Source: Candidatus Rokuibacteriota bacterium (lineage in GTDB: Bacteria; Methylomirabilota; Methylomirabilia; Rokubacteriales; CSP1-6). Taken from it: 46,387 bases of DNA. A program made the translations under genes and the position numbers. The notes below the pieces were generated by a model that saw only the letters and a list, made by a program, of their open reading frames with translations, was not told the origin of the DNA and did no database searches. The DNA is taken from assembly GCA_016184305.1 (NCBI GenBank), contig JACPCX010000125.1:1-46387 (forward strand), given 5' to 3'. Within the stretch, counting starts at the first letter, position 1, and every line of letters begins with the position of its first letter. Shown here one piece after another: positions 37,993 through 46,387 of the stretch.

Positions 37993-39402
37993 CTACCGGC
38001 CCCGGCGCCACCACGAGTGCACGAGCTGGTCCACCACCTGCACCAGCTGCCCCACGGTGCGGCACTCCTTCACGATGTCGCAGGAGGGGGCGTAGAGCGG
38101 CATGACGCTGTCGCCGATGCCCCAGCCCCACTGCCCCTCCGGGTTCAGCCAGATGATGCCCTTCACCCGCTCGCGGATCTGGCGCACGGCCCACGCCTGC
38201 GGGTCGTTGTAGTTGTTGCGCGCATCTCCCAGGACGAGCACCGTCGTCTTGCGGTCCAGCGACTCCAGCTCCGTCCGGCAGAAGCGGCTGAAGGCGTAGC
38301 CGAAGTCCGAGCGGCAGTGGTAGTCCACGGAGGAGGACTTGAGCGCCCACTCGATGGCCTTGTCCACGGTGTAGGTGTTGAAGGCCTGCGTCACCTCGGC
38401 GATCTCCGACACGAAGGCGTAGGAGCGGACGCGCGAGAAGCACTCCTGCAGGCTCCACACGAGCTGGAGCATGAACCTGGACGCATTGCGGACGGAGTCC
38501 GACACGTCGCAGAGCGTGACGAGCTTGGGCTTCTCCCGGTGGCGCCGCCGGAAGCGCACCTCCATGGGCACGCCCCCGTACTGAAGACTCTGCCGGATGG
38601 TCCGCCGGGAGTCCAGGCGCCCCTTCTCCTCCTGGCGCTGGCGCAGGGCGAGGGCGTCCTTGATCCTGCGCGCGAGCCGCGCGACGACCGCCTTCATCTG
38701 CGCGACCTCGTCGGGGGAGAGCGCGAAGAGGGGCTTGTCCGACAAGACCTCCCGCGTGAGCTTCTCGCCCTGGCGGTAGGCGCGGCGCTCGAGCTCGCGC
38801 TCCACGTGCTGCCGGATCATGCGCCGGAACGCCTCGAGCCGCAGGTCCAGGTAGTTGCGGATGCGGGCGAGCTGCCCCGGGTCGAGCCCACGCGCCTCCA
38901 GGAGGCGCATGATGCGCGAGAGGTCGCGCTCGATGGCGTCCCAATCGAACTTGTCGTAGATGCGGCGCGAGAAATAGCCGATCTGCAGGAAGTACATGAG
39001 CCGCTCGAGGCCGGTACCCTCGCCACCCTGGCGGATCGCCATCTCCATGTCGGCGCCCTCGCCGCGCAGCATGAGCTCGGTCATCTCGTCCATCTGGAGC
39101 CCGTCCTCGGCCGCCAGGCGGTCCAGGAGCTCGCGCATGCGCGGGTCCTCGGGCCCCAGCGCCTTCTTGAGCCCGGCGCCGAGGGCCTCGAGGTCGAGAA
39201 AGTACAGGTCGAAGAGGCGATCGAAGGTCGGGAGGTCGCGCGACTCCTTCACGAGGGTCGTCGCCAGCGCGGTCCTGAAGGTGTCGCGGTCCTCGAGCCC
39301 GATCTCCGCCGAGGCCGCGAGGGCGTCGAGCGCCTCGCTGGGCGAGATGCGGAGCTCGGCCCGCCGCAGGTCACCGATGAACTCGAGAATCCTCTGGTCC
39401 AT
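37993..39402 (-). CDS. CoxE-like VWA-domain protein
   Basis: LDSRRTIRQSL..GGVP, MIDAS-like CDVSDSV, SDFG, VLGDARNN, WLNPE..WG.GDS. Confidence 0.9.
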   Translation of the reverse strand: MDQRILEFIGDLRRAELRISPSEALDALAASAEIGLEDRDTFRTALATTLVKESRDLPTFDRLFDLYFLDLEALGAGLKKALGPEDPRMRELLDRLAAEDGLQMDEMTELMLRGEGADMEMAIRQGGEGTGLERLMYFLQIGYFSRRIYDKFDWDAIERDLSRIMRLLEARGLDPGQLARIRNYLDLRLEAFRRMIRQHVERELERRAYRQGEKLTREVLSDKPLFALSPDEVAQMKAVVARLARRIKDALALRQRQEEKGRLDSRRTIRQSLQYGGVPMEVRFRRRHREKPKLVTLCDVSDSVRNASRFMLQLVWSLQECFSRVRSYAFVSEIAEVTQAFNTYTVDKAIEWALKSSSVDYHCRSDFGYAFSRFCRTELESLDRKTTVLVLGDARNNYNDPQAWAVRQIRERVKGIIWLNPEGQWGWGIGDSVMPLYAPSCDIVKECRTVGQLVQVVDQLVHSWWRRGR

Positions 39403-39957
39403 TTATCGGGAGAAGGTGACCCAGGAGGACTTGAACACGTCCTCGTTGCCGTCACGCGAGATCGGGCAGAGGCGGCCATCCTCGAGGCGGAGCAGTCCGT
39501 GGAAGGAGCCCCGCGCGATCAGGTGCGTGACCTCGAGCTTCCAGCCGAGCGGCCCGGAGGGGATCTCTTCCTCCTGCTCCACGGCCCGGGTCACATCGGG
39601 CGCATCGCCGACGAGATGCAGGACGCGCACCGGCCCCTCGGCGCACCGGAGCCCCAGCACCACCTTGTAGGAGCGCCCCTGGCGCACGGTCTCCACCGTC
39701 ATCTCCCCGGGGTGCAGCAAATGCGGGACGGCCTCGGGCATGGCCGCAGCGAAGAAATCGCGCGGCTCGGGCTGGACGTAGTAGAAGTGCCAGCGCCCCG
39801 CGGCCCAGATCCAGAACTTGGTGTACTCACCGAGGGCCCCCGAGATGCAGCGCCCGCCCTCGATGAACACCGGCCCCGTCGGCCCCAGCTCGGGCAGCCG
39901 GATCCGCGGCGAGGGGAACCACAGCTCCCTGAACTCGGTGAGCGTGCCGAAGTCCAT
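39403..39957 (-). CDS. Hypothetical protein (184 aa) between the MoxR ATPase and VWA genes
   Basis: Abuts both neighbours with zero spacing; host-like codon usage; no family recognised. Confidence 0.75.
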   Translation of the reverse strand: MDFGTLTEFRELWFPSPRIRLPELGPTGPVFIEGGRCISGALGEYTKFWIWAAGRWHFYYVQPEPRDFFAAAMPEAVPHLLHPGEMTVETVRQGRSYKVVLGLRCAEGPVRVLHLVGDAPDVTRAVEQEEEIPSGPLGWKLEVTHLIARGSFHGLLRLEDGRLCPISRDGNEDVFKSSWVTFSR

Positions 39958-40872
39958 CTAGGGGAGGTCGGCGAGCACCTTGTCGAGGGCGCCCCTGACC
40001 CGCTCCAGATCCTTCTCGTGCTTGACGAGCATCGTGAGGGTGGACTCGACGAGCTCGCGGTCCATGGCGTCGGCGTTCAGGATGACCAGCGAGCGGGCCC
40101 AGTCGAGGCTCTCGGAGACGGATGGCGCCTTGCGCAGCTCGAGCACGCGGATCTTGTTCACGACGGACACCACGGCGCGGGCCAGCCGGTCCGGGATCTC
40201 CGGCACCTTCAGCCGGATGATCTCCAGCTCCTCGTCCGGCGGCGGGAAGTCGATGAACAGGTGCAGGCACCGGCGCTTGAGGCCGTCCGACAGCTCGCGC
40301 GCGTTGTTCGACGTCAGCACCACGAGTGGGATATTCGTCGCCTTGATGGTGCCGAGCTCGGGGACGGACACCTGGAAATCGGACAGCACCTCCAGGAGGA
40401 AGGCCTCGAACTCGGGCTCGGCCTTGTCGATCTCGTCCACCAGCAGCACCACGGGGTCCGGGGACTCGATGGCCTGGAGCAACGGCCGCGGCGAGAGGAA
40501 GCGATGGGAGAAGAAGGCATCGTCCTGACCCGAGATCCGGGCCACCGCATCCGGCAGCGACGGGGCATCCGCGATCAGCTCGCCGATCCGCTCCTTGAGG
40601 AGCTGGGTATAGAGAAGCTGCTTGGCGTACTTCCACTCGTAGAGCGCCTTGCCCTCGTCGAGCCCCTCGTAGCACTGGAGACGGATCAGGCGGCGCGCGG
40701 TGATCTCGGCCAGGGTCTTGGCGAGCTCGGTCTTGCCGACGCCGGCCGGCCCCTCGATGAGCACGGGCCGGCCCATGCGCTCGGCCAGATAGATGACGGT
40801 GCAGATGCGGCGGTTGGCGATGTAGCGCGCGTCCTTGAAGTGCTGCTGGACATCCTCGACCGATTGAAACAT
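39958..40872 (-). CDS. MoxR-family AAA+ ATPase (CoxD-like)
   Basis: EGPAGVGKTELAK, RLQCYEGLD..KALYEW.Y.KQLL, LLVDEIDK, LTSN..RELSD.LKRRCL. Confidence 0.93.
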   Translation of the reverse strand: MFQSVEDVQQHFKDARYIANRRICTVIYLAERMGRPVLIEGPAGVGKTELAKTLAEITARRLIRLQCYEGLDEGKALYEWKYAKQLLYTQLLKERIGELIADAPSLPDAVARISGQDDAFFSHRFLSPRPLLQAIESPDPVVLLVDEIDKAEPEFEAFLLEVLSDFQVSVPELGTIKATNIPLVVLTSNNARELSDGLKRRCLHLFIDFPPPDEELEIIRLKVPEIPDRLARAVVSVVNKIRVLELRKAPSVSESLDWARSLVILNADAMDRELVESTLTMLVKHEKDLERVRGALDKVLADLP

Positions 40873-41112
40873 GGCGGCTCCTGTGAGTGAATTGTCGTTC
40901 AGTCTAACATCAAGGAATGCGACATGGAACCGCGATGAAGGAGTTCTTTCTCTACTCGCACCAGTCCATCAGGCGCCGGGTGGCGCGAGCCCGGATGCTC
41001 CTGGGATCGCCGGGCTGACACTGTTCCCCCGCGGCCGTTTCCTCGCCGACGGTCGGCGGGTGCCGGGGCGCCGGACTGACTTGTGGAACGGGCCTTTCCG
41101 GCGCATGGCCTG

Positions 41113-41128
41113 TGGCACCGGACTTGCT
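41113..41128 (+). promoter_or_regulatory. Sigma-54 (-24/-12) promoter
   Basis: TGGCAC-CGGAC-TTGCT matches TGGCAC-N5-TTGCW, ~30 nt upstream of ATG 41158. Confidence 0.8.
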
Positions 41129-41157
41129 CCCCTCCCTCTACCATGGGGACAGCGCCG

Positions 41158-42474
41158 ATGCCGCTGACGGCTGAAGGAGTCACGACGACAGCGGGGCGGG
41201 CCGGGAGGCGCCTCCCGACTCTCATCCGGCACCTGCGTGTCCTGCGCGCCGTCGGCGAGGCCGTGAACTCCACGCTGGATCTGGAACAGGTGATCGAGCG
41301 GTCACTGGAGGCCCTGACGCGGGTGACGGGCCACGAGATCTCGAGTCTGCACCTCATCTCCTCCGACGGCGCGCGACTCCTGCTGCGCGGCGATCGGGGA
41401 CTCTCCGAGCGCCTCCGCGCGATCAACGGGGTCCTGCCCATGGGGACGGGCCTCATCGGCGGCGTGGCGGCCTCGGGCCTCCCGCGGCGGGTGCAGGACG
41501 TCGCCAGGGTGAAGGACCTCCTGCCGGCGGCCCGGGACGTGGTGGCCGCCGACGGGATCCGTGGCTTCGTCTGCGTGCCGATCCGGGCCCGCCAGCGCGT
41601 CCTGGGGACGCTGTCGCTCGGCCGCCAGGTTCCGAGCCGCTTCACCAGCGCCGAGCTCCACCTGCTCGAGTGCGTGGCCGATCAGATCGGGCTGGCGCTG
41701 GACAACGCCCGTCTCCACTCGGAGGCGCGCCGCCACGTCGAGGAGCTGGAGCGGGGGCGCACCGCCACGGTACGGGCCGAGCGGCTCTCGGCCGTGGACG
41801 GCCTCGCGGCGGGAGTGGCGCACGAGATCAACAACCCGCTCACGATCATCCTCGGCCAGGTGCACGTGCTGCTCCAGGGGGAGACGCCAGCCGATCTCCC
41901 GCACGGACTCTTGATGATCGACACCGCGGCCAAGCGCGCGGCCAAGATCGTGAAGGACTTGCGCCAGTTCGCCGAGCCCAACCCGGCCCACCGCGCGCCG
42001 TGCTCCGTCCCCACGGAGATCCGGAGCGTGCTCGCGCAGGAGGGACCCCGACTCGAAACCGCGCACATCGCGACCCGGCTCGACCTCGAGGAGGTGCGCA
42101 TCATCTGGGGCGACGCCTCGCAGCTCCGACAGGTCCTGACGCATCTGGTGGACAATGCCCGCCACGCCATGGCGGCCGCCCACGGAGGGGGGACGCTCCG
42201 GTTGCGCCTCATGCCCCTGCCCGGCGGGGTGAGGATCGAGGTGGCCGACGACGGGCCCGGCATCGCTCGGGAGCACCTGCCCCGTATCTTCAATCCCTTC
42301 TTCACGACCAAGGGCCCTGACCAGGGGCGAGGGCTCGGGCTCAGCGTCGCCTACGGCATCATCAAGGAGCACGGCGGCCAGCTCTGGGCCGAGAACGTCG
42401 CGGAAGGCGGCGCGCTCTTCGTCGTCGAGCTCCCCGTGAGCCTCAGGCGCACGGAACGGAGCCCCGGAGGCTGA
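41158..42474 (+). CDS. Cytoplasmic GAF-domain sensor histidine kinase
   Basis: GAF (CVPI...VLGTL, IGLALDNARL), H-box AHEINNPL, NA..A, DDGPGI, F.PFFTTK, G.GLGL. Confidence 0.92.
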   Translation: MPLTAEGVTTTAGRAGRRLPTLIRHLRVLRAVGEAVNSTLDLEQVIERSLEALTRVTGHEISSLHLISSDGARLLLRGDRGLSERLRAINGVLPMGTGLIGGVAASGLPRRVQDVARVKDLLPAARDVVAADGIRGFVCVPIRARQRVLGTLSLGRQVPSRFTSAELHLLECVADQIGLALDNARLHSEARRHVEELERGRTATVRAERLSAVDGLAAGVAHEINNPLTIILGQVHVLLQGETPADLPHGLLMIDTAAKRAAKIVKDLRQFAEPNPAHRAPCSVPTEIRSVLAQEGPRLETAHIATRLDLEEVRIIWGDASQLRQVLTHLVDNARHAMAAAHGGGTLRLRLMPLPGGVRIEVADDGPGIAREHLPRIFNPFFTTKGPDQGRGLGLSVAYGIIKEHGGQLWAENVAEGGALFVVELPVSLRRTERSPGG

Positions 42475-42530
42475 CGCCAGGCCGGGCGCCGTGCCGGCCC
42501 GCGCGGGCCAGGCATGGTACCCTGCCTGGC

Positions 42531-42695
42531 ATGCGGCGGCCGGGGCTCCTCGCCTGCCTCCTCCTGCTCATGGCGCTCGGGGGATGCGCCATGTCCCCGC
42601 GCTCCACGGAGACACCGCACACCCGCTGCCTCAGCGAGCGTGACCCCGGTCCAAGCCGCCCGCTCGTCTTCCTCTTCTGCATCGAGTCGCCGTAG
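42531..42695 (+). CDS. Small putative lipoprotein (54 aa), below the ORF-track cutoff
   Basis: MRRPGLLACLLLLMALGG-CAMSPRSTETPHTRCLSERDPGPSRPLVFLFCIESP*; basic n-region, hydrophobic h-region, lipobox LGGC. Confidence 0.6.
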   Translation: MRRPGLLACLLLLMALGGCAMSPRSTETPHTRCLSERDPGPSRPLVFLFCIESP

Positions 42696-42767
42696 CCGGG
42701 TCCGGGTCCGTGTGATAGGCTCGGCCCTGTTTCCGACACCAGACACCCAACCCTCGCGGAGGTCCTC

Positions 42768-43937
42768 ATGAGCGCAGTGAAAGACGCGATCGTCCAGGCG
42801 GTGGACAGCCTGGGGAACGAGCTTGAAGCCCTCTCACGGCAGATCCACGACCACCCCGAGCTCGGCTACCAGGAGACGCAGGCCTGCGCCTGGCTCAGCG
42901 AGTTCCTTGCCGCCAAGGGGTTGAAGGTCGAGACGGGCGTGGGCGGGGTCGAGACCGCCTTCCGCGCGACCATCGAGGGAGGCGACGGGCCCACCATCGC
43001 CATCCTCTGCGAGTACGACGCGCTGCCCGGCATCGGGCATGCCTGCGGCCACAATGTCATCGCCACGTCGGGCGCGGGCGCGGGCGCCGCGCTGGCCGCC
43101 GTGAAGGGCAAGCTCCCGAAGGGACGCATCCAGGTGATCGGCACGCCGGCCGAGGAGGGCGGCGCCGGAAAGGTCCGGCTCATCAAGGCGGGGGTCTTCA
43201 CGGACGTGGACTGCGCCATGATGATCCACGGCTTCGACCGCACGCTGCTCCACTCGGATCTCCTCGGGATCGTCCGCGCGACCTTCGAGTACACGGGCCG
43301 GGCCTCGCATGCCTCCGCCGACCCGTGGGCGGGGATCAACGCGCTGGACGCCTGCATCCAGACCTTCAACGCCGTCAGCATGCTGCGCCAGCAAGTGCGC
43401 CCGGACTGCCGGATCCACGGCATCATCACCAACGGCGGCGCGGCGGCCAACATCATCCCGGAGTACGCCGCCGCCACCTTCTACGTGCGCGCGCCGCGCA
43501 TCGACACGATGTGGGACCTCTACGCACGCGTGGTGACATGCGCCGAGGGCGCGGCCAAGGCCGCCGGGGCCGGTCTCAAGGTGACCCGGCACGACGACGC
43601 GATCTACGAGCCCATGAAGCGCAATCAGACACTGCTGGATCTCTTCGCCGCCAACATGGCGGTGGTGGGGCTCACCGAGGGGGAGCCGATTCCCGACCGG
43701 CTGGGCTCCTCGGATATCGGAAACGTGAGCCAGGTCATCCCGGCCATCCAGCCGATGATCGGCATCGCGCCCACGGGCACGGCCATCCACACGCGCGACT
43801 TCGCCGCCGCCGCCGTCACGCCGCTGGCCCGCGCCGGCATGCTGGCCGCCGCCAAGACCATGGCCATGACCGCGCTCGACCTGCTGGCCGACCCCACCAG
43901 GGTCCAGGCGGCCAAGGAGGAGTTCGCTCGGCGGTGA
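42768..43937 (+). CDS. M20 metallo-amidohydrolase (ACY1L2/AbgB-like), paralog 1
   Basis: HPELGYQE, EYDALP.IGHACGHN, GTPAEEGG.GK, GSSD.GNVS, IHT. Confidence 0.92.
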   Translation: MSAVKDAIVQAVDSLGNELEALSRQIHDHPELGYQETQACAWLSEFLAAKGLKVETGVGGVETAFRATIEGGDGPTIAILCEYDALPGIGHACGHNVIATSGAGAGAALAAVKGKLPKGRIQVIGTPAEEGGAGKVRLIKAGVFTDVDCAMMIHGFDRTLLHSDLLGIVRATFEYTGRASHASADPWAGINALDACIQTFNAVSMLRQQVRPDCRIHGIITNGGAAANIIPEYAAATFYVRAPRIDTMWDLYARVVTCAEGAAKAAGAGLKVTRHDDAIYEPMKRNQTLLDLFAANMAVVGLTEGEPIPDRLGSSDIGNVSQVIPAIQPMIGIAPTGTAIHTRDFAAAAVTPLARAGMLAAAKTMAMTALDLLADPTRVQAAKEEFARR

Positions 43938-44554
43938 TCTTCCACGACTACTACGCCGACATCGCCCGGGACGACGTCGATCGCTTCGTGCAGTCGCAGG
44001 AGATGGGGCGCCTCGTCACCATGGGCGAGGACGGCACGCCCCATCTCGGGCTCTACAACTTCGTGTACGATGGGATCTCCCTGGAGCTCCACCTGGTGCG
44101 GGCCGACGAGCAGGTCGCGGACCTCAAGGCGCGGCCGCGCTGCCTCTTCGAGGTGGACGAGATCCTGGCCGTGATCCCGTCCCACTGGGTGCACCCGGAA
44201 TACGCCGGATCCGCCACGGCCTATCACCGCACGGCGATCTTCGAGTGCGGGGGCGCCGTGGCCGAGGACCCCGCGGAGGTGCTGGCGCAGCAGGTGCGCC
44301 TCCTCGCCAAGCATCAGCCCGAGGGCGGCTACCGGCCGCTGGGCGTGGAGGACCCGCTCTATCGCGGCGCCCTCGGCCAGCTGGCCGCGGTGCGGCTCCA
44401 GGTGACGGCCGTCCGGGCCAAGTTCAAGCTCGCCCAGAACCGGCCCGTGGAGGCGCGGCGGAAGATCATCGCCCTGCTCAGGCAGCGCGGGCGGCCCGGC
44501 GACGGGCGCGCGGCCGACGCCCTCGAGTGGACCATCGACCGTCAACCATCCTGA
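43934..44554 (+). CDS. PaiB-like FMN-binding split-barrel protein
   Basis: GRLVT, HL.RA..Q, IPS.W, KFKLAQNR; GTG overlaps the upstream stop. Confidence 0.75.
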   Translation: MIFHDYYADIARDDVDRFVQSQEMGRLVTMGEDGTPHLGLYNFVYDGISLELHLVRADEQVADLKARPRCLFEVDEILAVIPSHWVHPEYAGSATAYHRTAIFECGGAVAEDPAEVLAQQVRLLAKHQPEGGYRPLGVEDPLYRGALGQLAAVRLQVTAVRAKFKLAQNRPVEARRKIIALLRQRGRPGDGRAADALEWTIDRQPS

Positions 44555-44609
44555 CCCGAGACCCGACGACGGGGCCCCCCGGCCGGCGGACAGACGCGAG
44601 GAGAGAGGC

Positions 44610-45812
44610 ATGGCAGCGACGAACGACACCCTGGATGCGGCCAAGAGCAAGATCGCCGAGGCGGTGGAGCGGCTGGCCGACGACCTCGAGCGGCTGAGCC
44701 ATCGCATCCACGAGAACCCCGAGCTCTGCTTCAAGGAGGAGAAGGCGGCCGCCTGGCTCACCGCGTTCCTCGAGGCGCAAGGGGCCCAGGTGCAGCGCGG
44801 GGTAGGCGGGCTGCCCACGGCCTTCCGGGCGACCATCGGTGGCCAGGGACCCGGCCCCACCATCGCCATCATGGCCGAGTACGACGCGCTGCCTAATATC
44901 GGGCATGCCTGCGGCCACAACGTCATCGCCACCTCGGGCGTGGGCGCCGGTGCCGCGCTCGCCGCCGCGCTCCGGCCGCTCCCCTTCCCGGGCCGCATCC
45001 AGGTCATCGGCACCCCGGCCGAGGAGGGCGGGGCGGGCAAGGTGCGCCTCATGGAGGCCGGCGTCTTCAAGGACGTGGACGCCGCCATGATGATCCACGG
45101 CCGCCCGGGAACGCAGATCTGGCGGCCGAGTCTCGGCATCATCAAGGTCAGTTGCGAGTTCTTCGGGCGGGCGGCCCACGCCTCGTCCTGGCCCTGGCGC
45201 GGCGTCAACGCGCTCAACGCCATGATCCAGCTCTTCGTCTCGCTGGACATGATGCGCCAGCAGGTGCGCCCCGAGGCCCGCATCCACGGCGTCATCACCA
45301 AGGGCGGCGATCAGGCCAACATCATCCCCGAGCACACGGCGGCCGAGTTCTACCTGCGCGCGCCGACCCGCGACTACTGCAAGGAACTGCTTCGCCGTTT
45401 CGAGGGCTGCGCCCAGGGCGCCGCCACCGCCACGGGATGCACGGTCACGGTCACGCCCGACCCGATCATCCACGACCCGCTCAAGCCGAACGTCACCATG
45501 GCGACTCTCTTCGGCCAGAACCTCGAGCGCATCGATTTCCCCGTGGACCCCGACGACGGCCAGGCCGGCTACGGCTCCACCGACTGCGGCAACGTGAGCC
45601 AGGCGCTGCCGACCATCCACCCCTACATCCGCATCTCGCCGGACGGCATCCCCGGCCACTCGCGCGAGTTCGCCGAGTGGGCGAAGTCCCCGCTGGCCCG
45701 CAAGGGGATGGTGGCGGCCGCCAAGACGCTGGCCATGACGGCGCTGGACCTGCTGGCGGATCCCGAGGCGCTCCGGAAGGCCAAGGAGGAGTTCGCGAAG
45801 GCCCAGGGGTAG
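44610..45812 (+). CDS. M20 metallo-amidohydrolase (ACY1L2/AbgB-like), paralog 2
   Basis: ENPELCFKE, EYDALP.IGHACGHN, GTPAEEGG.GK, GSTDCGNVS, GHS. Confidence 0.92.
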   Translation: MAATNDTLDAAKSKIAEAVERLADDLERLSHRIHENPELCFKEEKAAAWLTAFLEAQGAQVQRGVGGLPTAFRATIGGQGPGPTIAIMAEYDALPNIGHACGHNVIATSGVGAGAALAAALRPLPFPGRIQVIGTPAEEGGAGKVRLMEAGVFKDVDAAMMIHGRPGTQIWRPSLGIIKVSCEFFGRAAHASSWPWRGVNALNAMIQLFVSLDMMRQQVRPEARIHGVITKGGDQANIIPEHTAAEFYLRAPTRDYCKELLRRFEGCAQGAATATGCTVTVTPDPIIHDPLKPNVTMATLFGQNLERIDFPVDPDDGQAGYGSTDCGNVSQALPTIHPYIRISPDGIPGHSREFAEWAKSPLARKGMVAAAKTLAMTALDLLADPEALRKAKEEFAKAQG

Positions 45813-45848
45813 CAGGCCCAGGACGGCAGCAACCCGGCCAGCGGCTGC

Positions 45849-46244
45849 TCAGAGCAGGACGAAGAGATCGCTCCCCTTCAGGGCCCCGTCGAACGTGGCG
45901 GTCGACTCGCAGCCAGCCCGCCGGTTGCGCCACCCCATGAGGTAATCAGCGTAGTCCCCGGGCCCCCGCCGATAGTCCTCCAGCGCCCGGCGGACCAGGT
46001 CCTTGTCCTCGACGACGAAGTGTGTCGTCCGCAGGATTGCGTCCAGGACACCGGCGACCGTCGCACGATCCGCCCTGTACTTGTCCCGCAGCACCCAGAC
46101 CAGCTCGCAGCACACGACCACGCCGATCGCGCAACGCGCGCCGCGGGCCACCACCTCATCGATGAGCGCGGCGGCGCGCCGAAACTGGGCGGGATCGTCC
46201 TGCGTGAGATACCGGAGCAGGACGTTTGTATCCAGCCCCGTCAT
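45849..46244 (-). CDS. vapC: PIN-domain toxin (VapC family)
   Basis: LDTNVLLRYL..DD, E..WVL, DYADYL, TFD. Confidence 0.9.
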   Translation of the reverse strand: MTGLDTNVLLRYLTQDDPAQFRRAAALIDEVVARGARCAIGVVVCCELVWVLRDKYRADRATVAGVLDAILRTTHFVVEDKDLVRRALEDYRRGPGDYADYLMGWRNRRAGCESTATFDGALKGSDLFVLL

Positions 46245-46387
46245 GGCCGCCGGCGGTGGTGGCCGACGATGGCCTGGTCCATCTCCGGGAGCGTCACCGG
46301 CCGGCGGCCCGGCCGATAGAGGAGCCCCTTGAGCTCGCTCACGTGCAGCGTCGCGGCCCGCAGCACCACCCGGCCATCGTCCTCGAC
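46241..46387 (-). CDS. AbrB/MazE-type antitoxin, 5' end outside the window
   Basis: ...VEDDGRVVLRAATLHVSELKGLLYRPGRRPVTLPEMDQAI...*; stop overlaps the vapC ATG (ATGA). Confidence 0.8.
   Translation of the reverse strand, partial: VEDDGRVVLRAATLHVSELKGLLYRPGRRPVTLPEMDQAIVGHHRRRP

Overview
High-GC (roughly 70% by eye) bacterial chromosomal window. Gene content and style suggest a Rokubacteria/Methylomirabilota-like metagenome bin, but this is inference only. (1) 59-12534, minus strand: PhnD-like binding protein, sigma-54 response regulator, DegQ, tilS, moaD-moaE fusion, IscA/ErpA, then a tightly coupled run of CoA-transferase, enoyl-CoA hydratase, GT4 glycosyltransferase, two PTPS/QueD paralogs, folE and an SDR. 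The folE carries a 338-aa LAGLIDADG intein inserted at the Zn-ligand Cys. GT4-PTPS-PTPS-folE-SDR looks like a tetrahydrobiopterin-glycoside pathway. (2) tRNA-Met(CAT). (3) 13.0-23.9 kb, plus strand: secreted-protein island with three S8 subtilases (one cut by an IS481 remnant, one a lower-GC mosaic), a secreted tail-fibre-like protein and a free-standing copy of an S8 propeptide. Two of the proteases end in the same 3x38-aa His-containing module. (4) Tiny hyper-acidic ORF, PuuD-like membrane protein, cytochrome c, uvrA, kinase-less sensor, MFS. (5) 2-hydroxyacyl-CoA dehydratase/benzoyl-CoA-reductase-like cluster with a fused double activator and a CoA ligase. (6) DUF3047, orphan RHH protein, VWA-unknown-MoxR operon, sigma-54-driven GAF kinase, small lipoprotein, tandem M20 amidohydrolases around PaiB, and a VapBC-type module at the edge. 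About nine genes carry small deletions or frameshifts, probably assembly artefacts, so pseudogene calls are provisional.
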